Source: Tubiluchus corallicola | Lineage: Eukaryota; Animalia; Priapulida | Direction of reading: 5' to 3' | DNA: 37,313 nucleotides | Assembly (NCBI GenBank): GCA_030141605.1 | Contig: JAQGDQ010001507.1 | Location: 1-37,313, forward strand | Part shown: positions 35,876 to 37,313 of the stretch, one piece after another | Position numbering within the stretch: position 1 is the stretch's first letter | Layout: every line of letters begins with the position of its first letter | Position numbers and translations under genes: made by a program | Notes under the pieces: model-generated | Database searches by the model: none | The model's input: only the letters and a program-made list of their open reading frames with translations | What the model was told of the DNA's origin: nothing

Positions 35876-36058
35876 CTCTGCTTTTTGCTGCTGAGCAGTC
35901 ACTAAGTCTTTCAAAGTTCAAATCAGCTTTCTTATTCTCTTCTTGTTTCAACCATCAGAGTGAATTAATCACTTAATTACAAATTAATTCAAACTCTCAC
36001 AAATTAAGTCAATTTATGTAATCAGTTTCAAAACTTTCAAAAAAGATTAACCACTTTT

Positions 36059-36530
36059 AGCCTTCGCTAAAATTTGTACGTAAAATTTGCAACAGTGTTT
36101 TGTAACATTTCCACTAAGCTATTAGATCACTGTGCCTGCATATCATTTTGCTCTCTCAGCGTTTTACTCAGAAAACAGGCTAAAATTGCGCTATCAGCAT
36201 TTTAACTCAGACAGAACAGGATGCGTTTTACCATTTTACACCGTCAGCGTTTTTACGCTATTGATAGACAAAGGATGTGTTTTACCATTTGGCACAGTCA
36301 GCGGTTTTACGCTATTCATAGACCAGGATGCGTTTTACCATTTTACACCGTCAACGTTTTTACGCTATTGATAGACCAGGATGCGTTTTACCGTTTTGCA
36401 CCGTCAGCGGTTTTATGCTATTGATAGACCAGGATACGTTCTACCGTTTAGCACTGTCAGCGTTTTTACTCTATTGTAAGGCCGGGATAGGTTGTCATTT
36501 TGCTCCTTCTGCCTTTTTGCGTAATCGATA
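36059..36530 (-). mobile_element. Arm R2: inverted 53-bp-array arm (about 6 units at 36213-36530)
   Basis: Unit gaccaggatgcgttttaccattttacaccgtcaacgtttttacgctattgata has a 53-bp period (36321, 36374, 36427); 36059-36210 closely matches 15116-15262. Confidence 0.85.
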
Positions 36531-37174
36531 GTGTATTGTATAGGAAACAATTTGATGATATACTTTTTGTTATGCAGTTGTGCCATAATGAATGTTTTTT
36601 TAAGACTTAGATTTAACAGAAACTTGTAGTATCTTAGGGAGGTGCTGCCATCTTTTGGCTGTAAAATTAATTTACCTGTCTCTTAAACTGTTTACTGTAC
36701 AATCTATTTACATGCCATTTACTGGGTTTCAACTAAAGTCAATGAGCTGTAACAGGAGTCCTGGCTATTGTATGTTGGTCAGTAGTAGTTCAGGTCTCAT
36801 AGTCTGCTGGTGAATAGTGTAATTGGTGAATTTCATAATGTAGTTTGTCAATGTATGTTGCTTTAAATTATATTTTTGTGGTTTTTCCTGATTTGCTAAA
36901 CTGAGAAGTTAATGCTTTAATTTTTGTTATAGAGTGTTAAACTTAGGTGAATTATTAAGTTAAACTTCCCTAAACGTTGCTTTTACTTTTATTTCAGACT
37001 GCAATTTATGTTGAAACCTACCCCCTCTACACCGGCTTCACTTCTTCATTTTTTTTGACAATAAAGGAATCAACCTGTATCAAAGTGTTCATCATTTTTA
37101 TTTGGTTACAACATGCAGGCAGACAAACTGGACAAAACATTTCAACATAAATTCAACACTTTCAATAGGAATTA

Positions 37175-37313
37175 ATGATGTCAGCTTCAGAGAAAAAGAC
37201 AAGGAGAACTGTTGCAAAGTCAGCTTTGACAAGGGTACTGAGAAGACTTCGAAATTTAATTGAAGAGGAAGACAGTGTGCAAGAAGTTAATCGCCTGGTG
37301 GATGCTGTGGAGG
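37175..37313 (+). CDS. Start of an ORF running off the window; probable retrotransposon gag N-terminus
   Basis: MMSASEKKTRRTVAKSALTRVLRRLRNLIEEEDSVQEV resembles the 'R..aK...TR....L..li' helix at the start of many BEL/Pao gags. Confidence 0.4.
   Translation, partial: MMSASEKKTRRTVAKSALTRVLRRLRNLIEEEDSVQEVNRLVDAVE

Noticed and set aside
36132-36531. ORFs at 36132, 36221 and 36328 (and 24958, 25280) as repeat proteins
   Set aside because: They are translations of the 53-bp tandem unit; the period is not a multiple of three, so the same peptides rotate through the frames.

Overview
This is an AT-rich eukaryotic (probably invertebrate animal) window dominated by decayed transposons. I see no intact host gene, rRNA, tRNA or CRISPR array. 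The first 4.5 kb holds a cluster of glycosylation-gene relics: two convergent nucleotide-diphospho-sugar transferase copies forming an inverted duplication, an intronless glycogenin fragment fused to the SAP/coiled-coil start of a BEL/Pao-like gag, and a POMK-like kinase fragment. Four arms carrying 53-bp tandem arrays alternate +/-/+/- (about 5.5, 15.0, 25.0 and 36.1 kb). They could bracket two 10-11.5 kb long-TIR elements, and both left arms are joined to the same BEL/Pao gag fragment. The rest includes a minus-strand Gypsy pol with an extra 3' ORF, a Gypsy LTR with tRNA-Pro PBS and SCAN-type gag, a near full-length decayed I-group-like LINE, other LINE pieces, MITE-like elements and mini/microsatellites. 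All assignments come from reading motifs by eye; no searches were run.
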